DNA of 64,000 nt from Macrostomum lignano (lineage: Eukaryota): NCBI GenBank assembly GCA_002269645.1, contig NIVC01002522.1, positions 101,109 through 165,108 on the forward strand, given 5' to 3'. Position numbers and translations under genes: made by a program. Shown here piece after piece: positions 23,940-34,927 of this stretch. How positions within the stretch are numbered: position 1 is the stretch's first letter; every line of letters starts with the position of its first letter. The notes under the pieces are model-generated. The model had not been told where the DNA came from, ran no database searches, and was given only the letters and a program-made list of their open reading frames with translations.

Positions 23940-25069
23940 AGCTGCCATGGGGATAAGCTAAAAATTATCAACATGGATCTGTATGGATAAAATTGAAATT
24001 ATTGGCATGGGACTGTGGGGATAAGCATTTCTTTTCTAGAAATCCTTGAATCCCCTTGATTCAATATTAGGCTTAAGCTAAATAGCCAAGTAGCATTTCA
24101 AGCATGCTTAGGCTTAGGCACGAACAACCATAGACCTAGATACCATAATAACTAAGATATTATAGTATCTATAAGCACAATTTCAGGAATCACTTGAGCA
24201 TTTTATTGGCAACACATATGCCCTATTGGAATATATGGACAAAATGTGTCTAACCATTTGTCGCAATTTTGGAATTTTCTAGTAGTCGCATTGTGGCTAG
24301 AGTCATAGCAGGTGGTATTGTAGCATGGTACAGTTTTTGGGTAAATGGCAAGCATAATTATAACTATCTTATTAAGGCTAAATGCCTCATTATCTAATTA
24401 GTATTACACTTGCATTTAGTATGAAAGTTAATATGTTTTGTGTTATATTGTATTTTAGAACTACAATTTTAGACCCTATGTTATATGTTTATAGGTTTTT
24501 TACACTTATTCAAATAGGGCAGGACATGTAAGTCACTATTAATATTGAACAAAATAGTAGTCACACAACTGCTCTTAACCAATAGTGACATACATATGTT
24601 TGTTGCAAATAGAAACAGCTGGCTGATTTCCAAGGTTTCACATGTATGATTTTAAGCAAGTAGTTCTAATAAGCACAGTCATAAAAAGTTTAAAGTTCTT
24701 AGGCCAAATTTAAATTAAAAAATCCAAAAAATCCATATTGTTTAAAATCTAAAAAAGAAAAGCTTTTTTATAACTTAAAATAAAAATGACTCTAAAGTTA
24801 GGTCAACTATGACAATGTATTCTTATGATCTTATATATTGTAACTTTATACTTATCATTACCTTAGGATCAAAGTTTATTTAGGCATTACATTAGGCCCT
24901 ATATGATTAACCATTTTATAGAGTATCTATATGGTTTTTAGATTAGTTTTATTAAGGAAATTTTTAGCATATCTACAGATTTATATATTATATTCAAATT
25001 AGTACCATGGTACAAGGGGTGTCCCAGAAGTAGTGTTACTTTTACTTGTTTCCACAAGTATTAATGCGT

Positions 25070-27262
25070 TGTGGCGGCCAGACCAGCCCGCTGTAGGCGC
25101 GGGCAGTGCACCTGCACTCAATCGGCCTGACTCACCCTGCCCGGGGGGTGGGTGCACCCAGACGGCCGGCGCGCTAAGCCGCAGGGTCTGGCACGGACTA
25201 TGCGCACCTCCCCATGCCTCTCTGTCGCGCAGTATTTATATGCGATTGTGAAAAATAAAAGTTTACTTTCTCTCGCGCCATTTCATTTTGCGAGTCGCTA
25301 AATTGGTGAGCCCGACAACCCCAGCCGTAGCTGAGGAATGACTACGGAGTCAGCCGTTGCACTCAAACTGCCCACGTTTTGGGCATCTCAACCTCGTATT
25401 TGGTTTGTTCAGGCCGAAGCTCAATTCGCTCTGCGGAAGATCTCCGATGACGACACGAAGTACAGCCACGTCATCGCGGCGCTCGATCAGCAGACCGCCG
25501 AGCGGCTCATCGACGCGCTGGAGAATCCGCCGAGGGAAGAAAAGTACAAGAGGCTGAAGGAGCGACTGCTCGGCACCTTCGAGCTGTCCCGACAACAGCG
25601 GGCCAGCCGCCTGCTCAACATGTCCGGCCTCGGCGACAGGCGTCCCACGGAGTTGATGGACGAGATGCTCGCCCTGCTTGGCGACCACCGGCCCTGCCTG
25701 CTCTTCGAAGAGTTGTTCCGCCAGCAGCTGCCCGCTGAGGTCAGAATGGCAATGGCGACCGCCGACTTCAGCGACCCGCGGGAAGCAGCGCAGCTCGCCG
25801 ACAAGCTGTGGGCCAGCCGGCCGCAGCTCGCCGCGGCCTCCGTCCAGCAGCCGGCAGCGGAGCCCACCCAGCCGGTGGTTTCGGCGACCCGTCGGGGCGG
25901 CAGTCGGCCGTCTAAGCAGCAACAACATCACCCTGACGACGGCCTGTGCTACTTCCATCGCCGTTTCGGAGCCAAGGCACGCCGCTGCGAATCTCCATGC
26001 AGCTTCCAGGGAAACGGGCAGGCCGGCCGTCAGTGAACAGCTCGGCGGCCGGCAACAGCAGCAGCCTGCTCCTCATCCCCGATGTGCAGACGGGCCGGCG
26101 CTTCCTGGTCGACACCGGCGCCGAGGTCAGCATTTTCCCCGTCGATGGCTCGGATGCTCGCCTGCACACGCCCGGCCCGCCGCTCTTTGCAGCCAACGGC
26201 AGCCTCATTCGCACCTTCGGCACCCGCCAGCTCACGCTCGACCTCGGAATCCGGCGCTGCTCGTGGCCGTTCATCCTGGCCGAGGTCTCCCGCCCGCTGA
26301 TCGGCGCCGACTTCCTGCGACACCACGGCTTGCTGGTGGATCTGCCGCACCGGCGACTCCTGGACGCCCGCTCATTCGCCAGCGTGCACCTGCTGGACGG
26401 CACGGGGCCCGGACTGCAGCTCGCCGCAGCCGCCGCTGCGGACCCGTACAGCCAGCTGCTGGCCGAGTTCCCCGCCCTCACCGAGCCCAGTTTCCAGCGA
26501 GCGGAGCCGCGCCACGGGGTCGAGCACCACATCCCGACTCAGGGCCCGCCGGTCCACGCCCGCCCTCGCCGCCTGCCGCCGGACAAGCTGGCGGTGGCCA
26601 AGGAGGAGTTCCGGCTCCTGGAGCAGCTCGGCATCGCGCGCCGGTCCAACAGCCCGTGGTCCTCGCCGCTGCACATGGTGCCCAAGGCCTCGGGCGGGTG
26701 GCGGCCCTGCGGCGACTTCAGGCGGCTCAACGACGCCACGGTGCCCGACCGCTACCCAGTGCCGCACATCCAGGACTTCTCGGCCCGCCTGGCCGGCTGC
26801 TCGGTTTTCTCCAAGATCGACCTCGTCCGCGGCTACCACCAGGTGCCCGTGGCCGCAGCCGACGTGCCCAGGACTGCCGTCACCACCCCATTTGGCCTCT
26901 TCGAGTTCCTGCGTATGCCATTCGGCCTCAAGAACGCTGCCCAGGCCTTTCAGCGACTGGTAGACTCCGTCTGCCAGGACCTGGACTTCGTCTTTGCCTA
27001 CATCGACGACTTCCTGGTTGCCAGCCGCAGCCCGCAGCAGCACCTGGAGCACCTGCGGACGCTGTTCCAGCGCCTAGCCGACAACGGCCTCATCATCAAC
27101 CCGGCCAAGTGCGAGTTCGGCCGCAGCGAAATCGACTTCCTCGGCCACCGCATCAGCGCCCAGGGAGCCGTGCCGCTGCCCGCCAAGGTCGACGCCATCA
27201 CCCGGTTCGCGCCACCGGCCACCGTCAAGGGCTTGCAGGAGTTCGCCGGCATGGTCAATTTT
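25070..27262 (+). mobile_element. Gypsy/Ty3 LTR retrotransposon, 3'-truncated (5' LTR, PBS, gag, PR, RT)
   Basis: LTR about 25070-25302 (TG start, AATAAA near 25254); PBS TGGTGAGCCCGAC at 25304-25316, 12 of 13 matching the tRNA-Trp-type TGGTGACCCCGAC; homology stops after GMVNF; no RNase H, integrase or 3' LTR. Confidence 0.93.
25338..26036 (+). CDS. gag: Gypsy gag, 232 aa
   Basis: VALKLPTFW...[10 protein letters not shown]-terminus typical of this Gypsy clade; C-terminal [18 protein letters not shown] knuckle. Confidence 0.88.
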   Translation: MTTESAVALKLPTFWASQPRIWFVQAEAQFALRKISDDDTKYSHVIAALDQQTAERLIDALENPPREEKYKRLKERLLGTFELSRQQRASRLLNMSGLGDRRPTELMDEMLALLGDHRPCLLFEELFRQQLPAEVRMAMATADFSDPREAAQLADKLWASRPQLAAASVQQPAAEPTQPVVSATRRGGSRPSKQQQHHPDDGLCYFHRRFGAKARRCESPCSFQGNGQAGRQ

Positions 27263-27301
27263 ATGGTCAATGGTCAATTAGATGAAATCAATATTTTTTA
27301 G
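26015..27301 (+). CDS. pol: Gypsy pol (aspartic protease + reverse transcriptase), truncated, in the -1 frame relative to gag
   Basis: [10 protein letters not shown] protease motif; RT motifs [35 protein letters not shown]; retroelement homology ends near 27262. Confidence 0.92.
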   Translation, partial: RAGRPSVNSSAAGNSSSLLLIPDVQTGRRFLVDTGAEVSIFPVDGSDARLHTPGPPLFAANGSLIRTFGTRQLTLDLGIRRCSWPFILAEVSRPLIGADFLRHHGLLVDLPHRRLLDARSFASVHLLDGTGPGLQLAAAAAADPYSQLLAEFPALTEPSFQRAEPRHGVEHHIPTQGPPVHARPRRLPPDKLAVAKEEFRLLEQLGIARRSNSPWSSPLHMVPKASGGWRPCGDFRRLNDATVPDRYPVPHIQDFSARLAGCSVFSKIDLVRGYHQVPVAAADVPRTAVTTPFGLFEFLRMPFGLKNAAQAFQRLVDSVCQDLDFVFAYIDDFLVASRSPQQHLEHLRTLFQRLADNGLIINPAKCEFGRSEIDFLGHRISAQGAVPLPAKVDAITRFAPPATVKGLQEFAGMVNFMVNGQLDEINIF

Positions 27302-27572
27302 ATTAAAGAAGGTTGAGATTTTAGCTATTCTTTTATCTTAATTTCTAGAATTTCAAGATAATAAGATTGAAATCAAGATATTGGGTTTATAGAAATGAAC
27401 ATCCATCGAAGTGCAAAAGAATGTTTCATTCATCTGTAAAATCCTGTATTAGTGTACAAATTTTCTTTGTACTAGTTACTTGTGTCATAATTCAATTTTA
27501 CTGCATTAACTTGTTAATAACATTGCAGAGCTACACCTGTTCTGTAGAGCCATACAATAAAAGGCCTCGTCT

Positions 27573-28043
27573 ATGACAGAGAAATCGGAACAGTTAGAAG
27601 CAGCTCAAAGCAGACGCAGACAAGAGGCAATTGATGCCATCTCCAAAGAGTCAGAGCGTCGAAAATGTTGCGCAGAAGTTTCTGGAGTGTCCGGTTGGAT
27701 TCGACCGCGCCTGACTGTCAATCAGACTTTTCTGAGGCGCACCCTGGGCTCTGCAATTGTTTCAAACTGCCGAAGTTCTCAAACAGGACCAGGTAGGCTT
27801 GAAAAACGGCCAGGTCACCCAGAGACACGTGAAAGATCTACAAAACGCGTGAGAACGTCGGATTACCCGGATCAAAGGTGCAAAATCTCCTCGGATAAGC
27901 TTTACAGAAAGCGAGAGGATACGTTGAATGAGGAAGCAGTACTTTCAAAACATACAAGATTGTCATCTGCTGGGCTCCAATCAGACTCAGATACAGTCAA
28001 GGATACTAGACCCACTGGTCATCGGAAGTCACCTAACATGTAA
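27573..28043 (+). CDS. Homologue of the orphan POLR1D isoform-2 protein (not the RNA polymerase AC19 subunit), 156 aa
   Basis: AIDAISKESERRKCCAEVSGVSGWIRPRLTVNQTFLRRTL aligns by eye with recalled human POLR1D isoform 2 AIEELLKEAKRGKTRAETMGPMGW...TNKRFLINTI; basic, disordered tail; acceptor TTGCAG at 27528; AATAAA near 28136. Confidence 0.72.
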   Translation: MTEKSEQLEAAQSRRRQEAIDAISKESERRKCCAEVSGVSGWIRPRLTVNQTFLRRTLGSAIVSNCRSSQTGPGRLEKRPGHPETRERSTKRVRTSDYPDQRCKISSDKLYRKREDTLNEEAVLSKHTRLSSAGLQSDSDTVKDTRPTGHRKSPNM

Positions 28044-28339
28044 CATGCAAATACAAAACTAAGATATCGTGATAGTCTACAAATGTCTGTGTTCGGGTTT
28101 TTCATTTCCATTGTAAATTTCTAATGTGCCCTGTGAATAAATACTTGGGAAATTGTGCTTGATTTGTGTAACAAATATACTGCTGTTACTACTTTCAGTG
28201 TCTTAACTACGTTTAGCAATACAAAAACGAAGATTCAAGTTTTGAATAATCTGATTTTTTGTCAGTAACAGTGCTGTTTTGGATCCTTCGTCTCAAATAG
28301 AATGTCAAATAGAAAACCAGAATTGCCAGCTGCCAGGAT

Positions 28340-28932
28340 TTTAGCGCGAATTTTCGCGTAGGAATTAAGTACGCCGCCCATCTCCGGCCAGAGCATCGGC
28401 CAGGTGCCAACGGAGCCGCCATCAGGCCTGATAGCGCGGCGCAACCAAGCTGGCGACTTACAGGGGACGACGTAGTCAGGAGGCCTCTAAGGGCCGCCGG
28501 CAGCTCTTTAATGCGCGTTGCAAAAAGCTCCGCGCCAGTGCTCGTCGGACCCACCAGGACTCGCGGCCTGCCAAGCCGGAGCCTCGAGGGCCAGTGATTT
28601 CTCACAACTCGGCTTCCCGCAATGCACGCACAATGGGCACGCACCCAAGAAGACAAGTCGGCCGCATCTTCAAAACAATTGCAGATTCGGGTTGCCACCT
28701 TTAATGCCCGCACTCTCAGTCAGACATGGAGACTGCAGGAGCTGACAAGGCTGGCGGCCGACCTCAACATCTCAATCCTGGCAGGTCAAGAACATCTGCG
28801 GCAGAACCCTGACGAGACTGTGGATCTGGGCCTAAACTGGCAATTCAAGGCTGCCCCAGCCACTCCCCAGGAAACTGGAGGTATCGGCTTCCTGCTGTCG
28901 CCCGCCGCATCCAGAGCGCTGCTGGACATCAG
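28340..28932 (+). mobile_element. 5' fragment of an APE-type non-LTR retrotransposon (start of endonuclease)
   Basis: ORF 28622-28954 has IRVATFNARTL...QEH...GGIGFLLS, the N-terminal motifs of LINE AP endonucleases; GC-rich island ending abruptly in AT-rich DNA. Confidence 0.78.
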
Positions 28933-29623
28933 GTATTTATCTACGTGCCAATAAACTCTAAAGAATGTTACGTATATATATTAGATTTACAGAACATTCG
29001 CGACAGTTGAGTTAAGACGCATTTTATGGCTTAAACTTTTGTCAAGAAAGTATGCTAATACGGGTGGTTGAAGTAGATGGAATGTTTAATATTGATGTGT
29101 TATAGAAAAATGAAGATGATGGGAGAAGTTATGAAAAAATATTTTTGTTGATTTAGTTACACAATAAATGGACTTAATAAGCAGAGGTCAAATGTAGTCA
29201 TAGGCAATATACATAATTTAAAGCGAATGGTAGATAAAAAATAATGTACAGATAATTCGTGTGTTGGTAACGTTGTCAGTGCGTAATTATTGGGAACCAC
29301 TGCAGTCCGGAGTCTGTGACTGCTTTGTTAGTGATTGTTGGAGCTTATCAGAAATTTTATAAAAAAACAACCGACTGTAGTGCGACGCTAAATCTTTGTT
29401 AAGAATAAAAATACCAAAAACATTTGCGCCCATGGAACAGCTTTGGAGCAGGTCACAGCCGGCCGCGAGGGCCGGGAACACCAGAAATGAGACCTCTTAA
29501 AGCTTCCGATTCACTGAACAATAAAAAGAAACAATAAGTATTGGTATTTCACAGTCGCTTGCGCTGCAACCTTTATCTCGCTCCTAATCTGTGTTTTAGT
29601 CTTTTAAGATTATATCCCCATCT

Positions 29624-32600
29624 TCAAGCCTGCACTAGATTTTCGGGTTGATCCACGTGACTCTCACCGTCTTGAATGAAGAAAGTCACTGCGGACGTTG
29701 AAGAAGTTGACGCCCAGTTAGTGCTGTTGCTACATGCAACTGTTAGGCGGTCGCTGTCTCGGCGGCGACTTCTATGCGTCTTAGCCGTCTTTGGTGTGGG
29801 ACCCCAGAATCGGGTGCCGAGGCTCAACGAACCGCCCGGATTTCCATGCTCCTTGATGCGCCTATGAAGCAACCCTGAGCCTGTTGCAGCTGTGGTGCTG
29901 GCATTTCTTGTCACAGATGGTGAAGAGGCCATGTGGCCTCTCCGCCGGTGAAATGACAGCTCCGATAAGCGAACGCCGTTGCTGTCCCCGTTGGGTCTGT
30001 CTGTTTTCTTTGCTGAAGTTCGCGACCAGCAGCATTGGCAGCATCCAGCACGATAGTCCTCGGCTCTTTCGCCATTATTTTCTTCTTCAGCGCCAGTGGA
30101 CGTGGAGTTCTCTATTGCGACAGTGGAGACGGGTTCAAAACCTGGTGGGCGCCATCGCTGGCGGCGGCGCTGGCGCTGGCTGCTGCGCTTCTTCATCAAC
30201 TGACCGAGGCTGCGCGCGTTGGCGCCATGAAACTCGCCAACGGCTGCTGCTGCCGTACCAGCCGCCGCCATCGCCGCTGCCACCGATTCCTCGCGTGGCG
30301 GCACCAGCGACTGAGTGCGCTTGTCGAACATCAGGCTGGCGCCGATGTCGTGTTCAACCAGATCAGCTCCGAGCTCTTCGTGCTCAATGGACACGCGCAG
30401 GCCCATGATGAGGTCGATAGCCTTTAAAAGTAGGAATGATGTCACAGCCGTCCAGCCAACTATGGCGAGTACGGCGACAGTCTGGATGCCTAGCAATTTA
30501 AAGCCGCCACCCTAAATTTTTAAGAGATGAACATTTTTCAACGCTGTACTTCTCTTAATTGTACAATAGTTTAACTCACATAAAAGAGTCCGTCGTGTCT
30601 AGTGGTGATTCGAAGCACAGACCAATCTGGATCCTGGTGCGCCATCAGGCCAGGTGTGAGCAAGCTCCACACCGCCGCAGAGAAGTGTACCGCAATCACT
30701 CCTGAAAGGTTTGTTTGCTTAGTACGAGTTATTTTGTCCGGCATCAGATGTACGATCGCAATGCATAGCATTCATTAGCAATACCTAACCTACCAACTGG
30801 ATCGTCGATCTGCAGCTTGAGGACCACATTCTCGGTTAGGCATGCCAGAAGGGCGCCCACCACACCAATGAGGAAGCCCTGCCAGGGCTCTGCCAGCGCA
30901 CACATCGCTGCATTTTTGATGAAATTCGGGTAAAACAGATAATGGATAACCTTGCCATTTTTATACACTGGTTGTCAAACTATACAGTAGCAAAAGCATG
31001 TGAATCGCACCTGTGATGGCCACCAGACTAGCCAAGATGCTATTCACGATTAGGCTGATGTGAAACTTCCGTCGGCGAGTCAGGTAACTGAATATCATGC
31101 CAACCATGCCGCCGCCCATTGAAGCAATGATTGTGGAGACTGCAGATCTACATACGGTTGAGATACGGTGATGGTTTAATGTTTCTCACTGAACTTGTTG
31201 ACCTGTGATTACGGGGGTGTTTTTATAGCCCCAGACTTTACAATTCCAAAAGTGGTCATTTGACTTCAGAGCTTGATTTTTGATGGGACAATTGAAAAGT
31301 GTCGTATCACTGTGCCATACAATAGCGTGCAAAATAGGGAATATGAAGTTGCTTTGTCTTGCATGCCTTAAAAATATCTGGATACAGATGTAGGTGTCAT
31401 AGGGAAGTAAATTTTCAGAAGTATGAAATTAAGGGACATGTAGTTTTTAAGTCGGATGTCATTGCAAGATATGAAATTAGAGTAGAAAACGCTCCCGTGC
31501 TAAACGTATTTTCAGATTCCCAAATTTCGACAAATAAAGGCTATACAAGCATACTTGTACGAGTATCAGAAGTCGCTTAGGTTAACCAGTTTCTGTCTTG
31601 TATTTGGTATTCAGAAGGAAATTACAGTAAAAAAATATAAAGCCGCAAACCTTGCCGCAAGTTTCCACTTTTCGCCACTGATGCCGAAGGTTGAGCCGCA
31701 GTTGAAGCCCAACCAGCCCCACCTGCACGGATGAAAAATTGAACCAATGCATATATTAAGTATTCTGTTTCGCGTATTAGAGTTTTGACTCTAAGCTAAA
31801 TCATTTATGCACTATTATAAGTTGACTTTTAAAAGTCATTCGCGGCCTTGAAACTGTGCTGTTGGCATGTGCTTTACCCGGGTTCATAGAAACTTTAAAT
31901 CGATTCATTTATGGTGCATTATTGTCACAGGTTTAATATCCACTCCTACTGACAAGGGCACGCTTCGACCAAAGACTAAGGCTGCCCATATATTTCTAAG
32001 TACAAGCAATTGTATATCCGATCACTATAGAACAGCATGTTAAAAACGAGCAACTCAGCCAGCTCCCTCATTACAGGTACATGGCAGAAAGGCAAAAGCA
32101 AGCAGCAAGTGAACACAAACGCCAGCTAGAGGCTGAACTAGCCAAAATGCAAATGAAAAGGGCCGACAGGCGCTGCCAGAGCCTAGACTCACCAGAGCAT
32201 GAACATTCCCAACAGAGCGTTGGTCGGGCTGCCCATCTGTGGAAAACTATCGGAGAATCTGTGCCGCCTCGGCTTCAGCATTAGAGTCGCTACCATGCCG
32301 GTTGTGCCGCCCACCAAGTGCACCGGTCCGGCGCCGGCTATGTCCATGCAGCTCATCTCGTACAGGAAGCCTTCCTCGGCCCACATCCAGTGCGCCGGGA
32401 AGCAAAAGATGAAGGTGTTAAAAAAGCTGAATAGCATGTAGGACTCGAGTTTTGTCCGCTCAGCCATCGCTCCGGACACAATCGTTGTCGAGGTTGTCGC
32501 AAACGACGCCTGAAAGAAGAATTTGGAGTACAGCCAGCCCGTGTCGTTCCTGTGCGCCATCACCATGAAGTTGCCCCAGCCGCAGAACTGGTTGGCCATG

Positions 32601-33011
32601 TCGTCGTTGCCGAAAGAGAATGAATAGCCGGCTAGCCAATAGGAGAAGCCACCGAACACCACGTCCGCAACGTTCTTCACCATAATGTTGACCTCGTTTT
32701 TGGCCGTGCACGAGCCGGACTCAAGCAGACCAAATCCTAGTGGAGTTCATAGGGTACAGGTTGTAGTTCGATGCACGTTGAACATGCATGGTCAAGTCGT
32801 GCATGATGGTAATTTGTACAAATTGGTTGGCCGCATTACTGTACTCGTAACTCTGCGTTCTACGCTTCCCAACAGCCAACACTAAACGTTTGAGAGATCA
32901 ATACGTCTCACCGCTTTGCATCGTGAAAATGCTGAATGTTGACGATAATATCCATATAGCGTCACTTTGCAGCTCCCGAACAAGTGGCGTCTGAGTTGCT
33001 GTCGAGGACAT
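29624..33011 (-). CDS. amt: Amt/Mep-family ammonium transporter (isoform using exon 1B), 7 exons, about 658 aa
   Basis: Exons 33011-32912, 32736-32193, 31722-31651, 31147-31011, 30907-30794, 30701-30580, 30511-29624, all phases compatible. Motifs FTMQSGFGLLESG, FATTSTTIVSGAMAER, DIAGAGPVHLVGG, WWGWLGFNCGS, IDDPVGVIAVH, EELGADLVEH; long low-complexity C-tail. Confidence 0.95.
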
Positions 33012-34619
33012 GTTTTCACGGAGCCTTTGCTTCGTCTTTCTTGGCTGCTCTAGAAAATTTCTCGCTAGACTGGGCACCAAACCCCTACACCTGTATATTT
33101 CCGTTTCCTTCTTTCTTGTTTTGTTTCCAGGCTGATTGGCTCGGAGTGATCAACAAACGTCTCATCTTACACTATCACCTGTTGCCAGGTGCAGTCTTGG
33201 GTATAGTCTTTTGACTTTTGCATCATCCCCTTTCATCCCACTTTGGTGCAGTCGAAATCTTTCTCTTCATACTTCACAATGACAAAATTATTCATTTCCC
33301 CAGAGGTATCTCGCTCTTAGCTCTCTCTTATCCCTTTGCTGATGCAGTTGTTATTTGTGGTGCTTTTGAAGACTTTCATTTTGAGCAAAGGTTTAAAACC
33401 AAAAGTAAACCACAGATTACTACTAAGTCAAAATGAAAAAGGAAAGATTTGGGACATTAGATCGTAGCTATTGGATATTTGATGAGAATTTCACAGCTTA
33501 ATGAATCCTAGTTATCAGGTCTGCAGAAGTTATTTCTTTAAATATCGATCGTTATGGGTATAGGGTATTTGTTTTGAAACGTGATTGAAACTACAGATTC
33601 ATCTATATTACTCGTAGTTAGATGTCACTCCAGCATTCCAGGTTAGGGCCACAGACACGGCCGTTGCTGGTAGTGCTTGAGAGGAGCAGAAGCTATAGGA
33701 CCATGGTCTGAACCCCTGGGTTTTCGCGCTGCAACCAGGAATATAAAATCTGTGATTGAATCGCTCTACATTTGTCCGCCGTCACTATAGACACTCGTGC
33801 GCTTGATGCGGAATTCTTGGAAAGACCATGGCCACCCGCATCGAGCTCTAGGCATAGATATTTGACTGTTAAAGCAAGAAGACATCGAAAAAGGCAGAAT
33901 TAGAGGTAGCTATACTGTAGATGACTGTGCAGCAAGTCCTAATGGGGGTTGGGTTGGGAATTATTAATGACGCAAGTTAGAGCAGTATACTGAAGCGTCT
34001 TATCAGTATTGGATACTGATGTGTCCTATGCACTGATTATAACATTTTTGTATGCGTGTAGTATGAAATAATGGCAAGAGGAAATTTGACAGACAGAGTG
34101 TAAAATCTCCATCGTGAATAATCACACTCGGGAAGTTTGTCTTATGAAAATAGCTAGCTGCGTGATTGTGATATGATGTCATGATATCCGGGGCTTTTTG
34201 TGTTTTTATATAGCAGAACATATTCATATCTTTATACTCTCGCAAATTAAGTAATTTAGTATGCGTTAAGATTATCGTAGATAACAAAACGAAACAAAAA
34301 ATACACCTCTAAAAAGTCTTAACCCCTCTCTATCAATAGGGTTTTTTGGTAAGTGGACGAAAGTAAGAATACCACAAAATGAAAAGATCCTATATATTAT
34401 CCATATTTCAGAAGTTGGTATTTAGTATATTCTGACTAGCAATCTGCGCCCCCCCAATGAGGGGGCAACAAAGAAAGGAATAATAAATTTTAATTAAAAA
34501 TTCTGAATTTCCATTAGGCTTTTAAATATCAAAAATTTCCCTTGGTAATATGGTTCATTTTCAACTTCCAGCTTTATTTTTGCTTGTGTTAGTGCCTATA
34601 AAAATAATTAGACACGAAC

Positions 34620-34701
34620 CGCTCTGCATTGTGAAGATGATGAAGGCCGAGGTCAGCACCCAGATTGCGTCAGCTTCGCCGCTAATTCCAGCCTTGTACA
34701 T
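34620..34701 (-). CDS. amt: Alternative first coding exon (1A) of the ammonium transporter
   Basis: Encodes MYKAGISGEADAIWVLTSAFIIFTMQS-G, paralogous to exon 1B (...SDAIWILSSTFSIFTMQS-G); same phase-1 donor position (G|GTTCGT). Confidence 0.8.
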
Positions 34702-34921
34702 TGGCGAATAATAGTGCAGATTGTGGGGTCGCTGTCATCGTTTCCGGCTTCTGTTAAGACACCGGCGGCTGCGCCTTGGAGTGACATATCGAGCTGGGAA
34801 GAGTGGTTGTTGTTGTTGTTGTTGTCGTTGTTGTACACTGCTGTCACGACGATGCTAGACCAGTTCTGACCGGCTGGGCTCTTGTCTGAATGCGCGCAAA
34901 ATGAAGATATGCGGTCGGCTC

Positions 34922-34927
34922 TTTATA
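34922..34927 (-). promoter_or_regulatory. TATA box for Amt exon 1A
   Basis: GTCTATAAAGAGCCG on the minus strand, about 35 nt upstream of a CATTCAG initiator-like sequence. Confidence 0.55.

Larger units (their letters stand above)
22507..24032. mobile_element. Merlin-like long-TIR element, copy 2 (opposite orientation), carrying two nested MITEs
   Basis: Termini AGAAGTGCTTATCC...GGATAAGCATTTCT; core is the reverse complement of the 17590-17900 core; flanks TTTCTAAAA / TTTCTAGAA (8 of 9 match). Confidence 0.7.
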
